Positions 1-8,533 of a DNA stretch of 40,398 nt are shown here, piece by piece. Origin of the DNA: a virus; UHGV virus genome UHGV-0331319. One strand, 5' to 3'. A model generated the notes under the pieces. It did not search any database and was not told the DNA's origin. It saw only the letters and a program-made list of their open reading frames with translations. Position 1 is the stretch's first letter. The number at the start of each line of letters is the position of its first letter. Position numbers and translations under genes: made by a program.

Positions 1-104
1 CATTGGCAATATTCTCCCGTTGCATCACATCCATAATCCTCATCATACTCATTCCCATTGCGAAATGGGATAACTATGACATAAGGGCAATTATAAAAAT
101 CCAT
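1..104 (-). CDS. hypothetical protein, N-terminal fragment; the gene continues beyond the window start
   Basis: ATG at 104 preceded by GGAGAGAGG; reading frame open to position 1 (MDFYNCPYVIVIPFRNGNEYDEDYGCDATGEYCQ...). Confidence 0.3.
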   Translation of the reverse strand, partial: MDFYNCPYVIVIPFRNGNEYDEDYGCDATGEYCQ

Positions 105-142
105 ATACTATTCCTCTCTCCAGAACTCACGGAAACTTTAAA

Positions 143-298
143 TTACATCAATGCCCACAGAACAACCATACTTATAACCCACAGTATTGTGATCACATTT
201 AATGCTGTCTCGTCCCTAACTGGTGTCTTTAACCCTAAAGTAAAAACCATGACAGCCAATGCTAATGCCTGTGGGGTGCTGATATATTCTTTAATCAT
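143..298 (-). CDS. small hydrophobic protein, 51 aa, probably two transmembrane helices
   Basis: ATG preceded by GGAGGAAG; translation MIKEYISTPQALALAVMVFTLGLKTPVRDETALNVITILWVISMVVLWALM; lies directly downstream of the radical-SAM gene on the same strand. Confidence 0.35.
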   Translation of the reverse strand: MIKEYISTPQALALAVMVFTLGLKTPVRDETALNVITILWVISMVVLWALM

Positions 299-314
299 TT
301 TCTTCCTCCCAATT

Positions 315-1280
315 CTAATTTTCCCCCTTAAATCCCTTACGTTCGCAATAAGCCTCCCATGTTTCTGTTCGGTAACATCCACTATACATGTACCGCTGCT
401 GAAACTCCAACTGCGCCTTATTCGGCATAACTCCAAGCCGCTCATTGCGTTCCGCCTGAGCATATAAGTTGATTGCCTTATAGCCCTTTAATGCCTCCAC
501 TCTGTCCGCTGCGTCCTGAATATCAGCCGTAACCAAAATGTATATAAAAATCCGGTATGGCCTCACACCATACTTACCCAATAGCTCAATGGTGCGCCTG
601 ATTGGCTCGATCTGTACCTGTTGGTCGCAGGAAAAGCGAATGAACCTAATCCATTTCAGCCGCGCCAAAATGCTTGCAATCCGATCATCCACCAGCCGCG
701 TATCCATCCCCTGGTTGAGATCAATCTGGTATATGCTCCCGATCAGGGATTCCAACTGTTCTATGCCGTATTCGCAAGCCAATATATTGTTATCCATCAA
801 TACCAGCTTGTCCGTGTCCTGTCTCACAACATCCTGCCAGCGCCGGTATGGCCTGATAGTTCCTTCTTTGTTAGGCACCACGCACCATCGGCAGTGATTG
901 GGACAGCCGCGGGTCAGATACCCAATGGCATAATCGCAATCTGGATATATGGAGTAATCCGGGTACATGGAGTCAATTTCTGGTGGTAATGTCTGATCCA
1001 TAGGTAGATCACGATATCCGGTCCCGCCCCGGATCGTATCATCTGGAAGATGAGGATTGTCCGGCGTGAAGTCAAATACCTTACTGCTGTATACACGGTC
1101 ATAGTGCAGCACCGGCACCCACCACTCCACGGTATCTCTCTGCGCCTTATGCCAGGCTGATATTTTCATCAGCGCCAAATTAGGAAAATTCTTTCCATGC
1201 TTGAAATAATCTTTTTCCGCGTCATGTAATCCAACTATCATTTTTTTAAGGAGCCGGGATATCCCATCAACGGTGCGCAC
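315..1280 (-). CDS. radical SAM domain protein, 321 aa
   Basis: CPNHCRWC = canonical CxxxCxxC 4Fe-4S/SAM motif at about residue 125; GTG start with AAAGGAGG 8 nt upstream; last gene of the minus-strand replication array. Confidence 0.6.
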   Translation of the reverse strand: MRTVDGISRLLKKMIVGLHDAEKDYFKHGKNFPNLALMKISAWHKAQRDTVEWWVPVLHYDRVYSSKVFDFTPDNPHLPDDTIRGGTGYRDLPMDQTLPPEIDSMYPDYSIYPDCDYAIGYLTRGCPNHCRWCVVPNKEGTIRPYRRWQDVVRQDTDKLVLMDNNILACEYGIEQLESLIGSIYQIDLNQGMDTRLVDDRIASILARLKWIRFIRFSCDQQVQIEPIRRTIELLGKYGVRPYRIFIYILVTADIQDAADRVEALKGYKAINLYAQAERNERLGVMPNKAQLEFQQRYMYSGCYRTETWEAYCERKGFKGEN

Positions 1281-1317
1281 CGCTCCGGCCTCCTTTCTTA
1301 ATCACTCAAATATCGAT

Positions 1318-1491
1318 TTAGCCTACAATATACTTACAATCAAATAGCCATTTCATAGCTTTTAGAATAGACTGTTTTGTAATGCAATTATGGGTTTCTC
1401 TCTCCAGTACCATATGTATTGCAGTCAGTTTTTCCTGATCCGTATACTGCGGGTTTTCAATATCCTCAAATATCTTTAAATCTATTCCCAT
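1318..1491 (-). CDS. hypothetical small protein, 57 aa
   Basis: AAAGGAGGA + 7 nt + ATG (MGIDLKIF...); overlaps the end of the upstream gene, suggesting translational coupling. Confidence 0.4.
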   Translation of the reverse strand: MGIDLKIFEDIENPQYTDQEKLTAIHMVLERETHNCITKQSILKAMKWLFDCKYIVG

Positions 1492-1684
1492 GTTCATCCT
1501 CCTTTGCTTCATACAAGCGCTGAGCTAATTCTTCTTTTTCGGATAAGGTGATAGCCTCAATCATATAGGCAAACGAAATTTGACCGCGAATCCATGGCAA
1601 GACCGCTCTATAGATAGGCTCCTCTGAACACCAATGGTCAACAAGGTTAAAAATTGTTTCCCTGACACGCTTTTTATTCATCAT
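1466..1684 (-). CDS. hypothetical protein, 72 aa
   Basis: AGAGGAGGA upstream of ATGATG; minus-strand gene string. Confidence 0.45.
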   Translation of the reverse strand: MMNKKRVRETIFNLVDHWCSEEPIYRAVLPWIRGQISFAYMIEAITLSEKEELAQRLYEAKEDEHGNRFKDI

Positions 1685-1720
1685 GGCTGATCCTCCTCTA
1701 AATCTGTGTTTTGCTAATTA

Positions 1721-2293
1721 TCAATCACGGATATTTATTGGCAAAATGATTTTTAAATTCTCTCTTTCCCCTCTTCTTCCAGATTTGATGACAACTGGTT
1801 CATGCGGCTTATGCACTTCAATTTTAGCTATCTTTCTATTAGAATCATAGAAACTTATCGATTCCATGGCATCTTTAAGATATTTGGCATTTATACCAAG
1901 TGTAGTTACCAACTCTTCTTTCTTTATATCCTCCATAAACTTATCGACATTATAAAATTGTCCTTCCGGCTGCACATATCCAATTATGGACTCTCCGACT
2001 TGGGCGTAAAGACGGTTCTTATTTACCTCCAACTCAGCATAACTATCATATCTGGTGACCTTTGGTATCACTGGTCTTATGTAACATGTAAAAGATTCAT
2101 CTGCTTCAACCAGTCCGGCATATTCGATGGATACCCGATGGCCATCCAATGCGGTAGCTTTTATAAACATTTCCTCCGCATTAATCTCCAAATATATCCA
2201 AGACATTAATTCATTTAATGCATCTTTATTAACAAATCTCTTTGTGTTATCAATAATTCTCTTAAACTCATTGGCATCTAATTTTACTTTCAT
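1721..2293 (-). CDS. hypothetical protein, 190 aa
   Basis: AGGAGGCAGCGGA-ATG start (MKVKLDANEF...). The longer ORF in the track overlaps the upstream gene and lacks an RBS. Confidence 0.5.
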   Translation of the reverse strand: MKVKLDANEFKRIIDNTKRFVNKDALNELMSWIYLEINAEEMFIKATALDGHRVSIEYAGLVEADESFTCYIRPVIPKVTRYDSYAELEVNKNRLYAQVGESIIGYVQPEGQFYNVDKFMEDIKKEELVTTLGINAKYLKDAMESISFYDSNRKIAKIEVHKPHEPVVIKSGRRGERENLKIILPINIRD

Positions 2294-2345
2294 TCCGCTG
2301 CCTCCTCTGCTAAATCCGTGTCTTTTACTGTCATTCCGCTCTCCG

Positions 2346-2624
2346 TTATTCTGGCACTCCCTTTTCATATCGCTCCCGTTCCCTGGCCTCCAGTTCATCC
2401 ATAAACCAATTAACTATCGGCGCTGCTACCGGCTCCTCCTCCATGGTCGGGGCTGGTCCTTCCCACTTTCTGACCAGGTGGGTCCCATATCTGGCTTTGA
2501 TCGCGTCAGCCTCGCTTAGAAGGATATCCCACTGGTCTGAATCCCTGGGTGGAACATTATCGCGCCACTTTGTCCAGAACTTTTGAGCATCCTTTAAAAT
2601 TTTTGAAACATCTTTATTTGTCAT
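2346..2624 (-). CDS. hypothetical protein, 92 aa
   Basis: ORF directly downstream of the primase-helicase on the same strand. Confidence 0.5.
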   Translation of the reverse strand: MTNKDVSKILKDAQKFWTKWRDNVPPRDSDQWDILLSEADAIKARYGTHLVRKWEGPAPTMEEEPVAAPIVNWFMDELEARERERYEKGVPE

Positions 2625-2632
2625 ATCTCCGC

Positions 2633-4477
2633 CTATCCAAAATCTATGTAATCTTCCACAAATGGAGTATCCTCTGTGCGGGAAAATCCTCCATTACCTG
2701 TATTCCAACCAAGATCCCAATCAAATCCATTCTGGTCTTCTGAAATCCTTTTGGAACATTCCTGGTAGTAAAGCCCAATCCCATCCCGGTTGATTCTGCC
2801 TGTCAATCTGTTCTTGTGTACCGTTAACAGTCTGTCACACCAAGCCTGTTCACCATCTTTCTTTTTGGGCCTGGAATATTTCAGTACTACATCAACTAAA
2901 TTTGTGATATTGCTGCTTCCTGCTACATCATCATTTCCGAAGTCGTTTCCAGTTGATTTACGTGGGTGCGCAATTAGAAAAATAAGTACGTTATATTTCT
3001 TTGCCATTAGAGCAAGCGCCTTTACAAATTTTGTCTGTTGCCGGTATAGGTCTGATGCGATATCATCCGTGATCGCCGTCATGAGGTTATCAACAAACAG
3101 AACCCGACATCCGTACTGTATAATAGCTTTCTCCATGGTCTCCAACAGCCCTTCTTCCTCTTCTTCGTCCTGCGATATGATCCCATTGTCATATATGTAC
3201 GCCTTTCCCCTGTACCAGCGTTCTATCTGCGGAATACAGTTTCCGTCAATGCAGTATGATGTGTATCCAAAATTTGACATCATGGCATTGATATTTTCAC
3301 TCCCAGCCACTTGGAGGTCAAACCATGCGCGGAAATACCAGTCCATAAGTTCGCCAGAATAAAAAAATGTTGTATATCCTTCAGAAATAGCAAAGGTCCC
3401 GAATTGAGAAGCCAGCGTGGATTTTCCGTCTCCTCGCTCTCCTGTAATCAGGATGAGCTGTCCCAGATAAAATCCTCCTATGGTCTTATCTAAAGATGAT
3501 ATGCCACTTCGGATCTTCTCCAGTTTTGACAGGTCAACTCTCTGCACTTCTTCCATAGGCTTGATCCTTTTTGCCTTAATGGCCTGCGCGTTTTCCACGG
3601 CCATTCTGACAGCTTCTTTTCCGTGAGCCATAAGAAGTTCATTGGCATCCTTACAACCGCGATAATCGTCCATTCTGACGTGTTTCACGCATCCATGGAA
3701 ACGCTGCTGCATCTCATCCAGTAAAGTGATATTTCCATTTTCACAATCTCCAAACACGATTAGTGTTTTGAACTTAGACAAGAAATCCCAGCAGTAGGGG
3801 ATCCAGGTAAATCCCCTTGCTCCAGTTGGAACACTTACTGCATTCTCAATACCGGATTCCGCAACCGACAGGGAATCGATCTGCCCTTCCGTAAGAACCA
3901 ACGTTGAATTAACCGGATTGCAGTGGTTCATTCCAAACAAAATTGGTTTGCAATCACTCTCACACCATTCTTTATTTTTATCTATCCCTTTCCGGAACTT
4001 ACTGTTGCGGTATTTTATAAACTGGAGAATCTCATTTTCATCGTAGAACGGGAATACCAGAATCCCTTCATTGTCATTCCTAACAGTGATGTTATATCGG
4101 TTCGTGATCGCTTCTGATATGCCCCTGGATTCCATGTAAGTCACTGCCGCAGGCTTTACTACCGGCTTCTCTTTTCTGTGGATCTTACGAAAATGTTTCT
4201 TTCCGTTATAATATTCATCTACTTCCGTTCCAAGCGAGAAATCAAAATCCTTTGAGAGTGTGATCATGTTCCCATGGACCCCACAGCTTTCCCTCAGGCA
4301 TTTGAACTGGCCCGTCTTAAGATTGATGGAGAATGTTCCTCTATCCTTTCCGTTTCTCCCTCCAAGACAGTAAGGGCATTTTTCAAACTGCAATTCATCT
4401 CCCCGCCGCTTACTTACTGCTCCAATTTCTCCAGAGAAGCGAAGGGCGTCATCTTCCTGAAATTCATATATCCCCAT
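2633..4477 (-). CDS. bifunctional DNA primase/helicase (zinc-finger + TOPRIM primase, DnaB/T7 gp4-like helicase)
   Basis: N-terminal Cys cluster CPYC...C..C..H; TOPRIM-like LVLTEGQIDSL ... LIVFGDCENG; Walker A GERGDGKST; AGGAGGAG RBS before ATG (MGIYEF). Confidence 0.8.
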   Translation of the reverse strand: MGIYEFQEDDALRFSGEIGAVSKRRGDELQFEKCPYCLGGRNGKDRGTFSINLKTGQFKCLRESCGVHGNMITLSKDFDFSLGTEVDEYYNGKKHFRKIHRKEKPVVKPAAVTYMESRGISEAITNRYNITVRNDNEGILVFPFYDENEILQFIKYRNSKFRKGIDKNKEWCESDCKPILFGMNHCNPVNSTLVLTEGQIDSLSVAESGIENAVSVPTGARGFTWIPYCWDFLSKFKTLIVFGDCENGNITLLDEMQQRFHGCVKHVRMDDYRGCKDANELLMAHGKEAVRMAVENAQAIKAKRIKPMEEVQRVDLSKLEKIRSGISSLDKTIGGFYLGQLILITGERGDGKSTLASQFGTFAISEGYTTFFYSGELMDWYFRAWFDLQVAGSENINAMMSNFGYTSYCIDGNCIPQIERWYRGKAYIYDNGIISQDEEEEEGLLETMEKAIIQYGCRVLFVDNLMTAITDDIASDLYRQQTKFVKALALMAKKYNVLIFLIAHPRKSTGNDFGNDDVAGSSNITNLVDVVLKYSRPKKKDGEQAWCDRLLTVHKNRLTGRINRDGIGLYYQECSKRISEDQNGFDWDLGWNTGNGGFSRTEDTPFVEDYIDFG

Positions 4478-4488
4478 TTCTCCTCCTA

Positions 4489-5019
4489 TCAATCATCCCA
4501 CAGGTTGATTCCTTCCGTATCATCTTCGTCCAAAGAAAGCGCCGCAGGCTTTTTCTTTACTTCTTTATCATTCTTATATTCTTTATCATTCTTGTTAGTT
4601 GTCGGCTCTTTGTCAGGTCTTTGTCGGCTCTTTGTCGGCTCTTTGTCATCTCCCTTGCCACTGACAAGGTCACGGCTCTGATATTTCTCCCAGTTTACAA
4701 TGGTTATGAGTCTTCCTGTCTTTGTCGATGCGTTTGTCAAAAAACCAAGTTTTTCAAATCTCTCAAGCGCGGTTCGCACATTTCTGATTGAAACCCCATC
4801 TCCACATTCCCTAACTAAAGAATTTAGACTTGTAATCAATTGTCCAGGCATGCAAGTAAACTGTTCGCCTTTCCATTCCCACTTATTCTCTTCATGATTT
4901 GCCAATAACAGAATCGTAATAAGCACGACCTTCTGTTCTGGAGAAGAAAGCTGCCATATGGATTTCGATTTCAACTCCCGGTATAACTTCACCCATCCAC
5001 CATTAACCATACTCTCCAT
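4489..5019 (-). CDS. phage replisome organiser / DnaD-like replication initiator
   Basis: N-terminal GWVKLYRELKSKSIW...LLANHEENKWEWKG block typical of phage replisome-organiser N-terminal domains; Lys/Glu-rich repetitive C-terminus encoded by iterons; sits immediately upstream of the primase-helicase. Confidence 0.6.
   Translation of the reverse strand: MESMVNGGWVKLYRELKSKSIWQLSSPEQKVVLITILLLANHEENKWEWKGEQFTCMPGQLITSLNSLVRECGDGVSIRNVRTALERFEKLGFLTNASTKTGRLITIVNWEKYQSRDLVSGKGDDKEPTKSRQRPDKEPTTNKNDKEYKNDKEVKKKPAALSLDEDDTEGINLWDD
4561..4596. repeat. two AT-rich 15-bp direct repeats TTCTTTATCATTCTT adjacent to the iterons (candidate DNA-unwinding element)
   Basis: ttctttatcattctt at 4561-4575 and 4579-4593. 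Confidence 0.45.
4601..4644. repeat. four tandem 11-bp iterons GTC(G/A)G(C/G)TCTTT plus a partial fifth copy
   Basis: gtcggctcttt / gtcaggtcttt / gtcggctcttt / gtcggctcttt read directly; period of one helical turn; inside the replisome-organiser gene. Confidence 0.65.
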
Positions 5020-5539
5020 TCTCCAATCGCTCCTTCAAATCCCTGTACAGAATCTCCCGGATCAATCTGCCAGAAGTCTCTTCCTTACAGAAAACCACAT
5101 TCATGTTGTAGCGGACCATCCAAGCCATCGCAGATGCTGTAAATGCATTTGCATTGACTTTACTTCGATATTTTCCGTTTATGAGATTCTCCCAGCTGGC
5201 ATTTTCACACAGCAAATAAATCCTGCAGCCCTGGTCCATTGCGCGCTCAAATTCTCTCTGAAATCGCTGGCGGCCCTGTGCGAAGCACCTCGCCAGCTCA
5301 TCCAGATCCATTTTTCTCTCCACTGCACAGATTGGGTTTATAGTTGCAGAAACATCATAGATCTTTGATCCATTTGGAAGCGTGGCATTGTAGGCGTAAT
5401 CGCCATATGACAGGGTAGCCGGGGAGTATGGTACTTCAAATGATTCCATCCTCTTCCTGGATCGTTCCGTTGGCTGCTCTCTACGATCCACTAAGATCTC
5501 GAAAGACCTAAGCACTTCCTTTTGCTCAAATATCTCCAT
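5003..5539 (-). CDS. ERCC4 (XPF/Mus81/Hef)-type nuclease
   Basis: ILVDRRE ... GDY ... ERKxxxDL signature blocks of the ERCC4 nuclease domain; GAGGAG + 5 nt + ATG (MEIFEQ). Confidence 0.65.
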   Translation of the reverse strand: MEIFEQKEVLRSFEILVDRREQPTERSRKRMESFEVPYSPATLSYGDYAYNATLPNGSKIYDVSATINPICAVERKMDLDELARCFAQGRQRFQREFERAMDQGCRIYLLCENASWENLINGKYRSKVNANAFTASAMAWMVRYNMNVVFCKEETSGRLIREILYRDLKERLENGEYG

Positions 5540-5547
5540 CTTACTCC

Positions 5548-6144
5548 TCAATCAAACGGAAGCGAATCATCTTCCCTTTCTGGAATCTGCATGAAATCAT
5601 CATCCGCTACACCCTGTTTATTTACCTTATTATTTTGCAGAAGCTTATCTTTTGGTAACTTAAAAGTTTTTGATCTTATTTTCTCTACGGCACACATCTG
5701 AGCCAGATTGGTGGTCCTTTTTACAGTTCTATCATTTGCTTCATACTCTCGCTCATTAAATAGGCCGCCAACCAGTTTTCCTTTGAATTTCTTTTCATCC
5801 CAGTCAAAATGGTATCCTGGATTAGAATCTTCCAATGCCGCTATGACTGTTTTAAATCTTCTCTTAGTCCATCCGTCCTGTTCTGATCCATCGTCATTCG
5901 GAACGTTAAGTAAATAGTTGCAGTGCCATTTTTTGTCCTCTTGCTGCTGGTTTCTGTACTCATTGGCGTAAAAATCCTTATACTCCCCTTCTGCTATATC
6001 GCAACTGATCTTTATGTACTCTCCTTTGCTGTTTTCGCAGACCTCAGCCCCCATGATCCTAAGTACATAACCATCCTTCGGAAGCTGCTGGAAATCAGTG
6101 TACGCCTGAGTTTCGTTGTAATCATTAAATCTTTTAATTGCCAT
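5548..6144 (-). CDS. DUF669-like phage ssDNA-binding/annealing accessory protein (Sak4 partner)
   Basis: N-terminal pattern (FNDYNETQAYTDFQQLPKDGYVLRIMGAEV...ISCDIAEGEYK) and position directly after a Sak4-like ATPase; AAAAGGAGAAGG RBS. Confidence 0.5.
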   Translation of the reverse strand: MAIKRFNDYNETQAYTDFQQLPKDGYVLRIMGAEVCENSKGEYIKISCDIAEGEYKDFYANEYRNQQQEDKKWHCNYLLNVPNDDGSEQDGWTKRRFKTVIAALEDSNPGYHFDWDEKKFKGKLVGGLFNEREYEANDRTVKRTTNLAQMCAVEKIRSKTFKLPKDKLLQNNKVNKQGVADDDFMQIPEREDDSLPFD

Positions 6145-6162
6145 TTGCCTTCTCCTTTTACT

Positions 6163-6810
6163 TTAATATTCTTCCAATGCTTTGATTACAGTTGCAATAT
6201 CATTCGGGATCTCGTCCTCCTCAAAGGCTCCGATCGGCGTCTTAACAGAATTGCGATCAGAATGCGTATGAAAAATATACTGTCCATCCTTACACTCTGC
6301 TAAAAGTACCGTTGTCAGTTTTGACTCTAAGACAATCTTGTCCAGCTTTCGTCCATTCGTTTTGATTCTGGTAAATACAATCCCATTATCATCAGAGATG
6401 GTTTCCGAATGTGCAATAATGATCACAGTTAAGTCATCGCGCATAGTTAAAGCATAATCTATGATCTCCCAAATATATGATGCGAGATCCGTCCATTTAC
6501 CATATCCCTGAACCTTGACATTCCGCATTTCTTCCGCCACCATGATTCCATTGATCGTGTCAATCACAACTGTTTTGATATGTTTTGCTTTTTCTGATTC
6601 ATTGATATTGTGGAGCACCTTTAATACGATTGACGGAAGATTTGTCTGTTGAAAGTTATTTAGTCCATCGTTATACTGCTTTTTCCATCCTTTCCAATTC
6701 AGCCCCTTTTTATCGCAATCAAAATAGAAGGTTGTTGCTGGGTCGAGATTTCGGCAGCTGGCAGTCTTTCCGGCCCCGCTCTCACCCATAATACCGATTA
6801 CTTTTGCCAT
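6163..6810 (-). CDS. Sak4-like RecA-fold ATPase (AAA_24-type)
   Basis: Walker A GESGAGKT at residues 9-16, Walker B-like VVIDTI, about 215 aa, typical Sak4 size and context. Confidence 0.65.
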   Translation of the reverse strand: MAKVIGIMGESGAGKTASCRNLDPATTFYFDCDKKGLNWKGWKKQYNDGLNNFQQTNLPSIVLKVLHNINESEKAKHIKTVVIDTINGIMVAEEMRNVKVQGYGKWTDLASYIWEIIDYALTMRDDLTVIIIAHSETISDDNGIVFTRIKTNGRKLDKIVLESKLTTVLLAECKDGQYIFHTHSDRNSVKTPIGAFEEDEIPNDIATVIKALEEY

Positions 6811-6965
6811 GGTCCCTTTTCCTCCTTTTGTTCCATTGCCGGCAGATGCAGGATGGTCGCCTTAATCTGCTGGATTACAGAACGGCTCTTTACATCCAGA
6901 CACCCTGATTCAATCGCAATGATCTTGCCCATTAGTTCCGTTCGGTCGATCAATATCTGTTTCAT
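6798..6965 (-). CDS. hypothetical small protein, 55 aa
   Basis: ATG overlapping the upstream stop (ATGA); its 3' end carries the AAGGAGGAAAAGGG RBS of the Sak4 gene; below the ORF-track size cut-off. Confidence 0.3.
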   Translation of the reverse strand: MKQILIDRTELMGKIIAIESGCLDVKSRSVIQQIKATILHLPAMEQKEEKGPWQK

Positions 6966-7117
6966 TTTTCCAGAAACACCTCCGCTTCAAGGAATGCCAT
7001 GTCCTGGAGTATCTGATTATAATGATCCTGGATCTCTGTACTGACCGCATCCATCGCTCTCTTAGCCATCCGCTCCCTGAACAAAGTCCAGACCCGAAAA
7101 TAGTCTTCATAATCCAT
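6962..7117 (-). CDS. hypothetical small protein, 51 aa
   Basis: ATG-initiated frame MDYEDYFRVWTLFRERMAKR...; a better candidate than the TTG-initiated 73-aa ORF in another frame. Confidence 0.3.
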   Translation of the reverse strand: MDYEDYFRVWTLFRERMAKRAMDAVSTEIQDHYNQILQDMAFLEAEVFLEK

Positions 7118-7155
7118 TTGCGTTTCTCCAATCCATAATGTATAATTAGGGTGTG

Positions 7156-7293
7156 TTAGTTTTTATTTCGTTCTGGATCCTTCGCGGTTGCCGCCGCTGG
7201 GGTCCGTTTTTTATATGTACTGCACTGGTACATCCTGCTCCGTTCAGGACACTTGTTCCGTTTCTGGCATGTCCCGCATACATCCCTTTCCAT
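7156..7293 (-). CDS. small Cys-rich (zinc-ribbon-like) protein, 45 aa
   Basis: GAAGGGAGGTGAGG RBS + ATG; MERDVCGTCQKRNKCPERSRMYQCSTYKK... has a CxxC ... C ... C spacing. Confidence 0.35.
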   Translation of the reverse strand: MERDVCGTCQKRNKCPERSRMYQCSTYKKRTPAAATAKDPERNKN

Positions 7294-7308
7294 AGGCCTC
7301 ACCTCCCT

Positions 7309-7530
7309 TCATGCCCCCATTACTATCAGCACGACCAGCGCAAATACCATCCACATCCCAACTCCCCATATGACCATGGGCACCACCCACTTGGCCAGCC
7401 GCATCCATGGACCGTCACGCCAGTTCCGGCGCCGCTTGAATGTTATCAGCCGCCTGTGGCCCATTACACTGGTGAGTACTGCCGTGGCAGGTCCTGTAAT
7501 ATCCAGGCGCCATTCATCCTGTCTCTTCAA
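7309..7530 (-). CDS. small protein with C-terminal hydrophobic helix, 73 aa, TTG start
   Basis: GGAGAGGAGG 7 nt upstream of TTG; C-terminus MVIWGVGMWMVFALVVLIVMGA. Confidence 0.3.
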   Translation of the reverse strand: MKRQDEWRLDITGPATAVLTSVMGHRRLITFKRRRNWRDGPWMRLAKWVVPMVIWGVGMWMVFALVVLIVMGA

Positions 7531-7562
7531 GATTCGTCCTCCTCTCCCCTGACATGTTGTGG

Positions 7563-7757
7563 CTATCCCTCCTTTGTGTTTATCTCTGGGTAGCCTTCAA
7601 TAAACTCTTCCAGATCGCTCCCCCGGATCTTTGTCCGGCCCAGCTTAAGCGCACGCAGTTCCCTTTTTCTGATCAGGTCATACACGGTGTCTGTGTTTGT
7701 CAATAGCACGGTTGCTACTTCCTCCACTGTGTACAATGGCTTATAGGGTTCTACCAT
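7563..7757 (-). CDS. excisionase-family helix-turn-helix DNA-binding protein, 64 aa
   Basis: YTVEEVATVLLTNTDTVYDLIRKRELRALKLGRTKIRGSDLEEFI resembles MerR/excisionase-type HTH; AGGAGG + 9 nt + ATG (MVEPY). Confidence 0.55.
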   Translation of the reverse strand: MVEPYKPLYTVEEVATVLLTNTDTVYDLIRKRELRALKLGRTKIRGSDLEEFIEGYPEINTKEG

Positions 7758-7795
7758 TTTCCACATCCTCCTTCCTTTTTCCAGTTGCACACACA

Positions 7796-8533
7796 TCACG
7801 CCACTCCTAAGTTCATCTGCGCGTTGGCTGCCTCGATCAGTTCTACCAGATATGTAGGAGCCTCATAACAGTCGATCAAATCATGAGCATCTGCTATATA
7901 CTTCCGCTTCAGCGCCTTGTAGGATTTCGGTCTGCCACTGTCGTCATAGATACCAAACTCACGCTTGATCTGGTCGTAGATGTCCCGGTAGACCTTGGAG
8001 CGGATCTCTGTATCCTGGTACGCCTCGGACTGCTTGCCGCCCAGAACGGACACGCCCTTACGTTTCACATGGTTAGACAGTTCATCTGCTTCGGAACCGT
8101 ACAAGGGGATGTCAAACTCCAGCTTGTCCATGCGCTGCTCCATCTTAACCTGCTTCTGGTCAATCATCAGGATGGCTTTCATTTCTGTGGACATGTTCGG
8201 GTTTTCGTAATATCCATTCTGCCGGATGGACGGGAGCACATCATCAAACACCCAGGATTCAAAACGTTCTGCACTCTCTAATTTACTGTGGGTGATGAGA
8301 CGGTACATGTCGCCCTCGGGGATGACATTGACCTCTATTTGCTTATCAGGGTTCTGCGGGTGAGGTATTCCCTGTTTTAGGGTATACCGGCAATGCATTG
8401 CTACAGCATTGGCAGGTTTCTCGTATCCTAAAGCCCTTGCCACATCACTCGCCACAAAATAAATCTTCCCTTCAATCTCTACTGTCCTTACCTGTCCAAA
8501 TTCCTCGTTGTTGAAAATCTTTATATCGTTCAT
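7796..8533 (-). CDS. phage antirepressor (Bro-N domain plus C-terminal KilA-C/ORF6C-like domain)
   Basis: IFNNEEFGQVRTVEIEGKIYFVASDVARALGY is a textbook Bro-N/AntA N-terminus. Confidence 0.75.
   Translation of the reverse strand: MNDIKIFNNEEFGQVRTVEIEGKIYFVASDVARALGYEKPANAVAMHCRYTLKQGIPHPQNPDKQIEVNVIPEGDMYRLITHSKLESAERFESWVFDDVLPSIRQNGYYENPNMSTEMKAILMIDQKQVKMEQRMDKLEFDIPLYGSEADELSNHVKRKGVSVLGGKQSEAYQDTEIRSKVYRDIYDQIKREFGIYDDSGRPKSYKALKRKYIADAHDLIDCYEAPTYLVELIEAANAQMNLGVA

Noticed and set aside
3-467. 154-aa plus-strand ORF at the window start
   Set aside because: Antisense to the radical-SAM 3' end and two minus-strand small genes. Hydrophobic low-complexity translation typical of an AT-rich antisense frame.
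4601-4644. Possible CRISPR-like array
   Set aside because: The repeats are 11 bp with no spacers, i.e. directly tandem, and lie inside a coding sequence. These are iterons, not CRISPR repeats.
6910-7131. 73-aa ORF in the track (TTG start)
   Set aside because: Two ATG-initiated ORFs with proper overlap coupling and the Sak4 RBS occupy other frames of the same region. The TTG ORF has an implausible Arg/Ile-rich product.
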